64,000 nucleotides of DNA from Trypanosoma brucei (taxonomy: Eukaryota): the NCBI GenBank assembly GCA_000002445.1, contig CM000208.1, forward strand, positions 1,216,001 to 1,280,000. The letters run 5' to 3'. Shown in pieces: positions 49,388 to 61,300 of this stretch. A program made the position numbers and the translations under genes. Under the pieces are notes generated by a model. It had not been told where the DNA came from. It made no database searches and saw nothing but the letters and a program-made list of their open reading frames with translations. Numbering within the stretch: position 1 is the first letter of the stretch; each line of letters opens with the position of its first letter.

Positions 49388-50932
49388 ATGTATCGGCCAA
49401 CTAACAGATGCGTGGCGGATGTGGGACAGGGAAACCCACCAAACTTACAGCAAGTTATGTATTCAGGTTCTGTGCCGCAGACGGCGCCCGTGCAAATGCA
49501 ACTTCATCCGCATCCGCAGTCGCAGTCGCATATGGTAATGCGGCCGCAAGCGCATACAATGGCGACAGCAGTGAACTCCAAACCCAAAGTTCACGTCGTC
49601 AGTCGAAGCCCACCTTCGCGAAGTGGCGCCTCTCAAGGCGAGCGTAGCGGTACCGTTCGTTTTGTGTGCCCGCGTACGAACACCATTGTGTGTGCAAGGT
49701 ATAATCGTACCGTGCACACACGCGCAAAGCTCCAGCATGGTGCAGTTATTTGTGAGGATTACATGCACAAGTTGCACTGCCCAGAGGGTGATCAATGCCT
49801 TAAGGTGCACGTTGCAGCGGAACACACATGGAACTATATTCTACCACATATTGGTGCCCCACAAGGGATTTTCCAACATGGTTTCACAGTTCGGTGTTTC
49901 CACCCCAGCATGACGGAGTACTTCAACATCCCCAGTGAACTCGTGTACTACACAAAGGGAAGCATGGAGTACATCTACGATTATAATGAGCATGGTGATA
50001 ACTCCAAGAAAAAATTTGTACTGTGTGAAGAAATGATCAATAACAGAATATGCATGTCCGGTATGGCTTGCGAGGACGTCCATGCTGTCATGGACGACTT
50101 TAGTTCCGTAGGTAGAAACAGCACACACATCGTCGATGAGAAACTGCTTCCGCTCTATCCGCGCCTTCGTCCCGATGTTGTGGTGCGTGTGTTTGAGCAA
50201 AACAGTACTGAAGAGTATAAGGACTACACTGGAGATCAGATTCTTGTGACGGATGGTGCGCGGCAGTATTTGTTGGCTCTTGATGTTGAGGGAGCCATCC
50301 CACGCAAAAAGATGCAACACTGCGCCCACTTCCGCACAAAACATCTTTGCCGCATGGGCAGTGGCTGCAACTTCATTCATGTCCTGCAAGGTCTCGTTGC
50401 GAATGCTGAAATCAGCCCACGGTCCACGTCTCGTAGTGATTCGCCAACTTCTGAACTGAGTATCAGCGTGCGCAACCGTCCAATTGCCTTGCGGCAGTCT
50501 GGCAGTCAGGTTGCAGAGATGTTGGCTGAGAAATATGGATTATCCCGGGATGAAAATAGTCAGGTAGGACGTCATGCATCTCCTTTTGTTAAGCAACCAC
50601 CGAATGAAATGGCGTCTCTCCCTCTCTGTGATGGGGGGCTCTTTCAAAGTAATACCAAATCCCAGGGAAATGCTGTTATTAACAGCAACATTAACGGCAA
50701 TTATAACAAAGAATACTGCCGGAACGACGATTTGTTTCCTTGCGGCGCAGCTGATGCCGGGGACGAGAGGGTAACGCAACGTAATCAACAGGGTGAGCAA
50801 ATACATGACGGTACGCAACCCGTTGCCGTATGCTCCAGATTCCGTCAGATAAGTCCACCACGTCGCAATAATCCATACGCTTCACCTGTTCTCAGCCAAC
50901 AGGCATCGCCACACCCTCGTGAAACCATCTAA
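49388..50932 (+). CDS. CCCH-type zinc finger protein with three C-x8-C-x5-C-x3-H fingers (ZC3H family RNA-binding protein), 514 aa
   Basis: ATG start. Three perfectly spaced fingers: CEDYMHKLHCPEGDQCLKVH, CEEMINNRICMSGMACEDVH and CAHFRTKHLCRMGSGCNFIH. The N-terminus is Q/H/P-rich and the C-terminus is N/Q-rich low complexity. Confidence 0.8.
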   Translation: MYRPTNRCVADVGQGNPPNLQQVMYSGSVPQTAPVQMQLHPHPQSQSHMVMRPQAHTMATAVNSKPKVHVVSRSPPSRSGASQGERSGTVRFVCPRTNTIVCARYNRTVHTRAKLQHGAVICEDYMHKLHCPEGDQCLKVHVAAEHTWNYILPHIGAPQGIFQHGFTVRCFHPSMTEYFNIPSELVYYTKGSMEYIYDYNEHGDNSKKKFVLCEEMINNRICMSGMACEDVHAVMDDFSSVGRNSTHIVDEKLLPLYPRLRPDVVVRVFEQNSTEEYKDYTGDQILVTDGARQYLLALDVEGAIPRKKMQHCAHFRTKHLCRMGSGCNFIHVLQGLVANAEISPRSTSRSDSPTSELSISVRNRPIALRQSGSQVAEMLAEKYGLSRDENSQVGRHASPFVKQPPNEMASLPLCDGGLFQSNTKSQGNAVINSNINGNYNKEYCRNDDLFPCGAADAGDERVTQRNQQGEQIHDGTQPVAVCSRFRQISPPRRNNPYASPVLSQQASPHPRETI

Positions 50933-53408
50933 TTTGGAAAACCTGGAGTGTCCCTCTTATTCCACTTCCTTGCGTTTGTGTTTGTTTTGTGGACTTTGTT
51001 GTCTTTTCCGTTTTTGTTTATCTGTCTTTTTTTGTTTTTTTTTTTTACCCATCGTCCCATCATTTCTTTTCGTTTTTTCCCCCTTCCTTTCAGCTCCCTT
51101 TGCCCACGTTCGATTTATTTTCATACCTTTCCCCTTCGTTTTTTGTTTTTTCCTGCTTTTTTTTTAAAAAATATTGTGCCACCTTTTTCCCCCTTTTTTG
51201 TTTGTTTTATTCCGTTGCCGTGAGATGACATTAGTCTTTTACTGTTTTTGTTTTTGTTGTTTCCTCCTTCTTTTTTGCTGATGGCATTACGACTGTGCGC
51301 GGGAGAGAGAAGAGAAAAAAAATGGTAAAGGAGAATGTGACTGATATGTGAGGGGTGTTGAGGTAATTTATTGTTTTTTTTTTAAATAACTATTCTCCTG
51401 TTTCGTCTTATCCCCCACCAAACTCTGCTAAAGTCCTAAAATAGCTGGCGGGTTTGAGATGTGAATAAATTTTGTTTCCTTTTCACCTCCCTTTCTGCAG
51501 CTTTTTTGTCTTTTCAAGTTCCTTTTTTTTTCTTGCTTTCTTTTCCTTTTTTTTCCCCCTTTTCTTGTGCAACTGTGGTGGATGTTTGTTTTATTTGCCT
51601 GTGCGATTTGTGCGCCACTGATTGGGATGGAAAAAAAAAAAAAGGAAAAGAAAGAAAGGCAAGAGGGCGGCGGTGGTGAAAAGGAACGGAATTTGGATGC
51701 GCGTGCTTGTGTGTGTGTGAGAGAGAAAGAAAGAAAGAAAAGAGAAAGGTCATAGTAATGGTGACATCAATAATAATAATAATAATAGTAACAATAAATA
51801 TTATAATCGTAATCATAATCATGGTAATAATGGCAACGACACTAACGGAAGGGGGAAGGGAAAGGGAAAGGGAAAGGGAAAGAGAGAGAGAGAAAAAAAA
51901 AGGCAATACTATACAATTTGGTATGATATTTAATATGTGGTGTTAAGGGAGGGTGTCTTTTTTTTTCTTTTTCTCTAAGTATGTGTGTTGGGAGAGAATA
52001 TCTGAGGCTCCAGTTTTATACATCAATTAGTTTGGAAGTGTGAAATAATCGGGATGGGTAATTTTTCTTTTTTTTCTTTTTTTTTCTTTTATTGCTTGAT
52101 GCAGGAGACGAAATGCGGTGTGTGTGTAGGGGGGGGGGTCATTTTTTTTTCCCCCTTCCGTTTTCTCTTCTCTTCTCTTTTTTTTTAAATCTTGAATGAG
52201 CCGTTGTGCCGCATGTTTTGTGTTTGGTTTCCTCATTTCCATTTGAAGGACTGGGGCCGCTTTTTGTTCATTTTTTTCATTTTTTCATTTTTTCATTTTT
52301 TCATTTTTTCATTTTTTTTATTTTTCTTTTTTTTTTTTTTCATTTTTTCATTTTTTCCTTTTTTTTTTATTTTTCTCATTTTCTGGTCTTCATTTGAGGT
52401 ATGTGCGCCTCCCTTTTTTTTTTGTTTTTTTTTTTTGAACATGAGAGTTAACTGACGGATTGAAGACAAAAGACGCCAAACATTACAAGAGGGGAAGGGA
52501 AATGAATACGAGGGAGAAAGCGAAAAAGATTAAAAAAAAAAAAAGTCATTATCATCAGCAGTTGCGATGGAAAAAAAAAGGAGTGAAAAGGAAAAAAAAA
52601 AGACGAAAGCAAAAGAAGAAACCAAAAAAATAAATAAATAAATAGATAAAATGAGTAAATAAATATAAATATAAATGTGCGCGTGTATGTCAAGGGCAGA
52701 GAAAGGTGAATGCACAAAAGCTGATGTGCGCACCATGTTCTGTGATGGGGACGGAGGCTTAGATTGTATAAGTGCAAATGTATGTATGTTTTTCTTTTTT
52801 TCTCTTTTTTTCTTTTTTTACCTGGCCATGTTTCTTTGTTTTCATTTTTGGGACAATAAGCAAAAAAGTATACATATATTTATATGTGTGAAAGGTACAC
52901 AAGCAAAGAAAGAAAGAAAGAAAAATAAAAAGAAAAAAAAATATATATATATGTACACGTGTGTCTTTGTGTGTGATCCGTTGTCGAGGGGTTGTGGCCG
53001 CCTCTTGGAGCGGTTGCTTTTTTTTTTTTCTCTCTTCTTCTTTGAATTAACAAAATTTTCCGTACTTATATATTTAGAGCCCTCGTCTCGCTCAGTTTAT
53101 ATATGCCCAATTAGTGTGTCCATTGGGGGATATATTTGCTTGTGAGTTACTTAATTATACTTTTGTTTTTTGCAAAAAAAAAAACAACAATAACGGCAAC
53201 AGCTAACAAACGAAAAAGGAGATGAATGAACTGATAGGGGAGGAGCAGAAGGGAGCATCTTTTAGTTCTTTATGCCGTCAAACCCCAAATTTTATTTGTG
53301 TATTTTTTCTTTTTTCCATTTTGTTGTTTCTTTTTCTGAGATTTTTTAAAAATTAAAAATGATCGTGATAGGCGGAGGAAGGGTAAAACATAAATACATT
53401 TACATGCA

Positions 53409-53440
<32 letters not shown>

Positions 53441-56400
53441 TATATGCATATAATTGTATACATATGTGCCCACCTCCCCTTCCCTCCCCTCCCCCCAAAA
53501 TAAAAATAAAAATAAAATAAAATCATCCCTATCACACTTTTTTTTCTTTTTCTTTTTCTCACTTTCCTTTCTTTACGGGCTCCTCTATTCGGCATGCTTT
53601 CCTCTTATTTTCACCAATTAAGGGGAAGATGGAGGGGAGTGGTGGGGCTTGTTTTATTATTATTATTATTTTGGCAATTTGCTTTCATTCAATTTCATTT
53701 TATTTGCAGTTTCTTCTTTTTTCCCCCTTGTGTGTGTGTGTGTGTCTTATCGTTATTATTATCATTATTATTATTATTATAAATATTCCGGTTCTTTTCC
53801 TATTTATTCCGGCGCGTTACATATATATATATGTTTTGTGTCCTTTTACATTGATGTTCATGTTTTTTATTTTCCTTTTCTTTTCTTTTTTGCCACTGTG
53901 ATGATGACCGATGGCGCCAGTAATTATTATTATTATTATTATTTTTACCACTAGCGCTACCACCATAATTATTTTTGATATTATTCTTGATGTGTTTCAC
54001 GAAGGAGGAGAAATAAAACGAAAAATTTGTTTTTTTTTCTTTTAAGAGAGGTAAAAGGTAAGCGAATATAATTATATAATAGGAAGTGTACATCACAAAT
54101 GAAGGTTTAGAGTTGAGGAGTGCGTGTGGTGACGGCAAAAAAGAAAAAAAAGAAATAAATGCAAAATCCAAAATGTCACATAAAGTAAGGTAAAGAGATA
54201 AGGTAAGAAGTGAAATGGAAAAAAAAAAGAAGAAAAGAAACCAATGGACCGTGGGCTACACGCAAAGCGACAGTGGAGTTGCAGTGCAGGGAAACGGAGT
54301 GGGAATGAGAAATGTGTCTACTTTATTTTTATTTTTATTTTTCGTCTTTTCTCAATTTAAAAGACAAAAAAGAAAAGAAATATTTTTATTTTGTTCTTTT
54401 TATTATCTTACCTTACCTCACTTTTTCTTTTTGTTTCCTCTTTATCCTTAATGACAGTTTATCGTATCCTTTACGTTTCCCGCTCCAGAGCCAAATCCTT
54501 AAATCCCTTTTCCTTTATATGTTTATTTATATATTTATTGTTTTTTTTATATGTTTTCTCCCCTTTGCTTCAACACTTAGAAGGTATGATGTGCGAGGAT
54601 GTTGGTGTGGTGTAAAACGAAATCAAAAAAAATATAATAATAATAAATGAAAAAAATGAAGAAAAAATAAAAGATGAAAAACTGGTGGAGTTGTACAATA
54701 GAAATAAATAAAAAAAAATATATATATATATAAGCGGGTTATAGTTGTCTTCATACGTTGTCTTGTATATCCGCTCTTTATACGTTTACTATTTTTATTT
54801 TCATTTTTTTCTTTCGTTTTCAATGAATGAGCACATTTATATATATATATATATATATATAGATATATATTTCTATTTATATACACACAAACAGTCATGC
54901 AGTTATACACTTATGTCTTATATACTCTCTTTCACACACCATAAATTATATACACATGTCACATTTTTTTTCATTTTTTTTTTTGAACTGGAGATCTCTC
55001 TTATTGATTTCATTATATACTTCTCATTTTTTTTCTTTTTAGTGGTGTTATGCTGATGTTTGTGCTTGTGTATTTGTATTATTGTGCCCGTGATTTTCTT
55101 TATTATTAACATTATTAATAGTAATAATATTAATATTATAATATTATTATTATTTGATTTTATTCGGATTTATACTCTCCTCCTTTTTCTTTCTTTTCTC
55201 TTTTGTTATATGAAAAAAAAAATAACAAGAAAAAAGTTGTTTTTCGTCAACTGCTTGAAGCAACCACCACAACAACGGCAAATGTTTTATTGTTGTTGAA
55301 GTCGGAAATATTTTTCCGTAACCCTATCGTATATGATGTTGTAGAGATTTAGGTGCCAACTTTTTTTTTTTAAATTTAATTATTTATTTAATTAATTGTT
55401 TATTCTCCTCCTACTTTCACTTTTCTTTAATTTTGTTGTGATGCAAATTTTGGAAAGTAGATTTCTGTTGGGACAGAAAGAAGAAAAGTGATAGAAAGAC
55501 ACGAGAAAATAAAAATAAAAGAAAATAAAAAGAGACTTCAAAAAGGCAAGAAAAAAAAAGAGAAAAAAAGAAAGAGAAAAAGAAGAAAAGTAGAGAGAAA
55601 CAAGAAACATGAAAGATATGTTGAATGGTACCGTTTGTTTTTTTTTTTTGCCGCGGTGGCATTTCAAATATATCTTTTTTTTTCAATTTTTCAAAACTTT
55701 AATAGAGAGAAGCAAAAAATGAAAGAAAATCAAAAGAAATGAAAGAAAATAAAAGAGAACAAAAACGGAAGGGAATTGGACAAGTTGTTACGAAGTTGCG
55801 CTGAAAAAAAAAACCCATAGGAGAACATTTGCGGGGTGATTCTTTTTGTTTTTTTCTAGAGAGAAAATGTTTTTTTTTCTGGTATGATCGTAATAGTAAT
55901 AATATTGACAATAATAATAATAATTGTTTTTTTTGTTATTGTGTATTTACTTTTGAGTTTATTACTGCTGCAATTAAAAAAAAAAAAACACCACCAACAA
56001 CAACAACAACAACACACACACACAGGAAGGGAGAGGAGGGATGAGAAGAAAAAGGGAGAAAGAAAAGAAAAGAAACCGTTATGAGGTAAGACCTCGGATT
56101 TACCAAGCGTTTTTTTTTCTTGTTTGCTTGCTTGCTTGCTTAATCAATTAATCAAATTTTTATTTTGCTTTGTTTTATTCCACGCGTTTGCTACGATTTT
56201 TTTCTTTTTTTTCTTTTATTGTCATCATTTGTCATGATGATTCTTACTATTAATATTCTGTTGAACCCACATCCTTCCTCTATTCCATTATCTTATATTC
56301 CTCTCTCTTATGTTATGTTATGTTTCTTTTTTTTTTTTACTTTGCTCAACTTTAATTCGCAAACAAAAAAAGAATGAGGGGGGGGGAAAAAAAAAAATAC

Positions 56401-58339
56401 TCCCCTACTGGTCGTTATTTCTCTCATCTCGGTCGCACAACGCTAATGGTTTAGAGGCCGATTTGAATGAATGAATGAGGTGAAATCATTTTGCTTTTTT
56501 TTTCTTTTCGTTTTCGATTTCGATTTTGTTTTTTTTATTCATTTAAATTTATATACCCACGTGCGTTTACGCACGATTATACTGACGAGGATTTGTTGTC
56601 GTGTTATATAACCCTTCTTTTTTTTTTCGTGTGTGTGTTACCTCTAGTATTATTATTATTATTCCTGTCATTCCCATTATTATTATTATTGTTGTTATTA
56701 TTATTATTATTTCAAAATTCATGGGATGTGAGACAGTCGGTAGCACTAAATTTCAATATTTGCTTACTTTTATTTTATGTTTATGTTTAACTTTTTGTTT
56801 TTTTAAAAATTTGATAGGGATGTGGTTAAGTTGGTGGTGTGGGGCATCGATTAAATGAAATATGTTGTTGCTTTGTAGATGCTCTGCTCCTTCTACCTTT
56901 CACCTTCCCTTTTCTTTTCTTTTTTCTTTTTTCTTTTTACTATTATTATTATTATTTGGTTGGTTTCACTGTGCGTGTTATTACTTTAAGGTTTTTTTTT
57001 CCTTTTGTCACTGTAATTAAATTCTTGTTAAACAGTTGGGCTACTTAATATTCTTTTCTTTTTTTTTTCTCTCCAACCAAAAAAAGAAAAAAAAACGTTA
57101 TAAATGGCTACAGAAATGGAAGAAGAGGTGTTAGTTGTGCTTTTGTTTTGTAATGTAAGCAACTCCCCCTCCCCCACCTTTCAAAAAAGAAAAAAAAGAA
57201 AAGAAAAAAATATATACAAAAGGGACCGCGTGTTTGTGTTTTTGTGTCTCTTTTTTTTTCTTTTTTTTCTTTTTTGAAAGGTGGGGGAGGGGGAAGGGGG
57301 CGGGGCGGGGAAGGGAAGGGAAATTGAAAATTAAGATGAGGCAAAAGAAGACACTTTTTTTTTTAAAAAATTTCTCGTGTTTAACTTTATAGTTTCTGTT
57401 TGTCATTTGCATGCAGTTGCACATTAATAAATGTATAAATACACACCAATATGCATACGAATGTGAATATCATCTTCATTTCTCTTTTTTCCTTTTCTTT
57501 TCTCTATCTATCTTTTGTTTTTTTTATTTCAAAAAAAAAAAAAAACTACCTTCATTAGTTTGCGTAGAGGACGTGTGTGGCTTACTACCGTCTTCATCGC
57601 CGTACAGGTCAGGCGCACAACGGAAAGAAATTTGAGGTTCGTTACTTTTTTGCTCTTTTTTTTTTTAAAAAAAAAAAGATATTGGTTATATTTGGATAGG
57701 GCGAATATCACAAACTATTTTCGTTTTTGGTTTGCTTTGCTTGAGAAGAACGCACACATTTATTTATATAAATACATATAAATAAATAAAAAAAGGAACG
57801 AAAGAAAGAGTGAAGGAGTAGTGGGAAGGACAGGAGTAAGAAGACGATATATATATATACACGCACACAAAAAACAAAAGCAAAAGCAAAAGAAAAAAAA
57901 GAAAGAAAAAAAAGAAAGAAAGAAACAAGGAAGGGAAATTAGACACTCTCTTCCCCCCAAGGGGTACCCGCTTCATAGATATTATAAAGGAGCGAGAAAC
58001 CAAAGGTTGGAAGTGAAAGAAAGAGGAGGAGGAGTAAAAGGGGAGGGGGAAAAAAAAGAAAGAAAGCGAAGAATACAATCAAACAAACAAAACAAGGCTG
58101 GGAGAAAGTGAAAAATAGCCCGTAATCGTACGACTTACAATATTTGTTCCAGAGGCTCGCACATCTCCACTCCTCGTCCGCTTTGTTGAGTGACAAGGGA
58201 AGGTTAACAAAAACATACCGCTTCAAAAGGAGGGGAGGGAAGGGAAAAGAAAAGGCGACAATATTTAATTTTCCTTCAGAAGGGAGGACACCGTGTCCGG
58301 TAGCGCAGGCCTCTTTTTTTTTTTTTCTCCAAATTTTGT
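50933..58339. repeat. 7.4 kb ORF-free, extreme low-complexity tract (poly-T/poly-A blocks, (AT)n, (ATT)n, (CAA)n, (GAAAGG)n, (CATTTTTT)n, G/C homopolymers); candidate very long 3'UTR of the CCCH gene
   Basis: There is no ORF beyond translations of simple repeats (FFFFF, YYYYY, LLLLL, KKKK). Examples read directly: (CATTTTTT)5 52268-52313; (AT)13 53411-53436; (GT)9 53728-53745; (ATT)n 53640-53670 and 53915-53945; (CAA)6 56000-56020; (ATT)n 56651-56715; (GGGAAA)n 51841-51875. Confidence 0.75.
57164..57294. repeat. Perfect 35-bp inverted repeat (extendable to about 44 bp with one G-U) separated by about 60 nt: hairpin/cruciform element
   Basis: Left arm 57164-57198 tccccctcccccacctttcaaaaaagaaaaaaaag; right arm 57260-57294 cttttttttcttttttgaaaggtgggggaggggga, which is its exact reverse complement (verified base by base). 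The right arm runs into a G-quadruplex-prone tract ggtgggggagggggaagggggcggggcggggaagggaaggg (57280-57320). Confidence 0.85.
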
Positions 58340-58354
58340 TTGTACGAAGTGACG

Positions 58355-61300
58355 ATGCCTACGGCCGATTCAACCTCTTCTGTTTTCCTGAAGACCCCAG
58401 CGGGAAGGAAATACATTCTTGAGCCGCCCATTACTATTGGACAGTTGCTTGACGTAGCGGCAAACCAGCTTCTTCTTGAAGTCAGCAATGCAAAATTCTT
58501 TTTAAATGGCTCTCTACTGTACGCTGCAGGAAAAGATGATACGGGCGCAAATGCAAATGTACTTCAAGAGGAGATCATCATTCCTGGTGGGAGATCCATT
58601 ATTGTTGTGGCAAAACCACTCCAATGTGTGGCAAAGTGGGCCGCTGCAGAGGCAATGCGTAAAAAGGTTGACATAAAAAATAGCAGAGAACCACCTGACC
58701 AATCATCCCCGAAACGGTCGTGTGCTTCACCCCTTTCACCTTCTGAAAATGCTTCCCCACAAAGTGGCGGTGCAGACGAGCTCGCCAACGGTCCAAGTTT
58801 ATATGAATTTATGAAGCAGTTTATATTTCTTCAGGGACGCCGCGGGCTCCGACAAATGCTTTACATTGCCAGAAATCAGTACGGTGACTTCCCACGAAGC
58901 CTCCAAGATCACCAAACTATGGTGTCGATTGTAGAATATGTAGATCGAGATCCAACGCGACTGAGGGATGTTCTTCGTACCATCCTTGAGGAGGAGCCGG
59001 ATCTTTTTAGGTGGATTGAGGCAAATTCTGAGGTGTTTCTCGCGATAATTAACGGCCCTGTGCACCGACAGGAAGCGGCTTCTCCCGTATGGCTCATACG
59101 CAACATGACGGAGGCGTACCACAGACAAAATTCGAAGTGTGGTTTACCCCGTCGATTTGGCCAGCCAGAGAACCCCCAGCCGTTTCATGGCAGTGAGAGT
59201 CCTCAACAGAATGGTGAGGTCCCTGCATTGCGTTTGGTTGCTGCAACGCGGCCCCGCAACTTAGAGACGACCCACAACGCGGCGGCAAAATCGTCTTGCC
59301 AATCAGATATCCTCGTGGACGCTAAATATCGGAACGCTGCGGCGGAAAACACACTTGGTGCAGATGAGGAGGGTCGGCAACTCGTTGACGAAAGCATTGA
59401 GGCGGTTCAAACAACTTGCAATGCCTGGGAAGTTGCAAAGGATCGCTGGATGGTACCTGCTGAAGGTAACACAAATGTACAAGTAGTAAACCACCTGATG
59501 TGCTCTCGTCTTCGAGAGGCACAGGAGTCTCTACTGCAGAGCATGGAAGGTTACATGGTGTCACAACCGCCGTTATCTATGCTACAGAAAGTCTGTGAGC
59601 TTGGACAACAGTTGTGGCAGGACGGTGAACAATGGCTCATCAAACAAAACGATGTATTGGGTGCCTTTCAACACGCGTTGGCCTGTTTACTGTTTGAAAC
59701 AGGGAGGGATTTGCTTACAGACTTTATTGACGCGAATAGCAAAAGTCCCCGTGGTTCACTGCGAAAGAAGATTCCAGCACGGGAAGGTGTTGAATACCAC
59801 CCCTTGCTGGATCCGTCTGTTAGCTGGATCACACCCAATGGACCGGAGTCTCTTGCCAACAAGTTACGGGACTATACTGTGCGTGAGGAGGTAACCGTTG
59901 TGGTTTACACTAAGCTGTCGCCGAACCATGCCAACGCCTACGTTATCCACACGGGGCGGGTTTATGTTGAACCGCTGATAGTCGACGATACGGCAAGGTA
60001 CGAGCTGGAGGATTTGGAAGTGTTATATTCTCTCATCTCATCAAGGGAATTTTTATTGCAGGACCCAGGAATGCGGAAGGTAACAGAAAGCAACTGGAAC
60101 GACCTTATGGTCAAGTTGTACAAAAGATTCATAAGCCCTATTGGGATGCTTCTTCCGCAACCTGCCCATGATGTTAGTTCTCCCTTGTGTGAGGTGAAGC
60201 AGGTTTGCTTTATTCACACGTGGTCCTCCAGGCACATTCCGATCCCATTTCACGCGTTACTCAACCCAGTGGACTCAAAACCATGTGTCTTACGGTGGGC
60301 ACCATTCGTTGCAGAGCGGCCTTGGCACCTTTTGGTAAGCGAGGGGATACCATGGTCCACTCCAGTTCCGCAGTCTCCCGTGATAACACGGCTTACCGCC
60401 CCTATTGCCTTTAGGCGGGAACCTCGGGAACCGGACAGTTGCTTAGTTTCGAAAACAAATATGGTAACGTACGTGAATGTTAACGGTACGCATTGCTCAT
60501 CATTTGGGGAAAAGGAGTTGAATCAACCCTTGGGGGTGCTAAACAATGGACCAGTAGCGGATGAAGGGGGCATGTGGCAGGATGTACCATGGAAAACGTG
60601 GCTGACTGACGCGTTAGGGGACGTTCGCGCCGGTATTCCGACTCATGCTTCTATGTTTGGCCGTGATGAGCGTCACTTTAAAAATACCGCACTTCTCATT
60701 CATGAGGTGACGCGCGGCTCCGGAGATGACGCCAATTGTGAAGCCAACGGAGCGGATGGATCGGCGGAGGTAATCCGCGCAAAAACTCACTCAGTGATGA
60801 TGGACAGACGAGTGCCGTATAATCAGGGTTCTGATCTGTTTGTTTCTCACGTCTGTGGTCGTGAGAGTGGTGTGGGCATTCACCGCTGTGCACTTTTGCC
60901 CGCCTTTAAAGTAAGTGAATATGAGCCGATAGAGGTGTACAATGCATTCTTCAGGCTTCTTGTTGAGACTGAAAACGCAACCACTGCACAGGCGTATCGC
61001 ATGGCGTTGTTAGAATCATGGAGCTCTAATTTCAAGGAGGAGCCCTGGCGCTACACATCAGTAATGCTTTTTAACTACGGAGGTCCCATGAAAACGCTCG
61101 AGCACCTCTGTGGGGAGGGATCCGAGCCGCTCTCTGTAGTCAGTGAGGAGACAATAATAAATAATGTATCGGAACAAGCTGAGGTGCCTAGAACTCATAC
61201 AGTTGGGAAGAGAACGAAGCGACTTTCTGCTCACCGTGACACAACGAATGGACGCTATGTGGAGGGCCGCGCCATCGACGTTATTTACGATGTCGTATTG

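Noticed and set aside
51000-58300. Dozens of 60-170-aa ORFs in the 38-41 kb, 46-49 kb and 51-58 kb tracts (e.g. 40122-40634, 52192-52455, 53649-53954, 57764-58078)
   Set aside because: They are translations of microsatellites and homopolymer runs (poly-F, poly-L, poly-Y, poly-K, poly-E). No complex sequence or motifs. Treated as non-coding low-complexity DNA.
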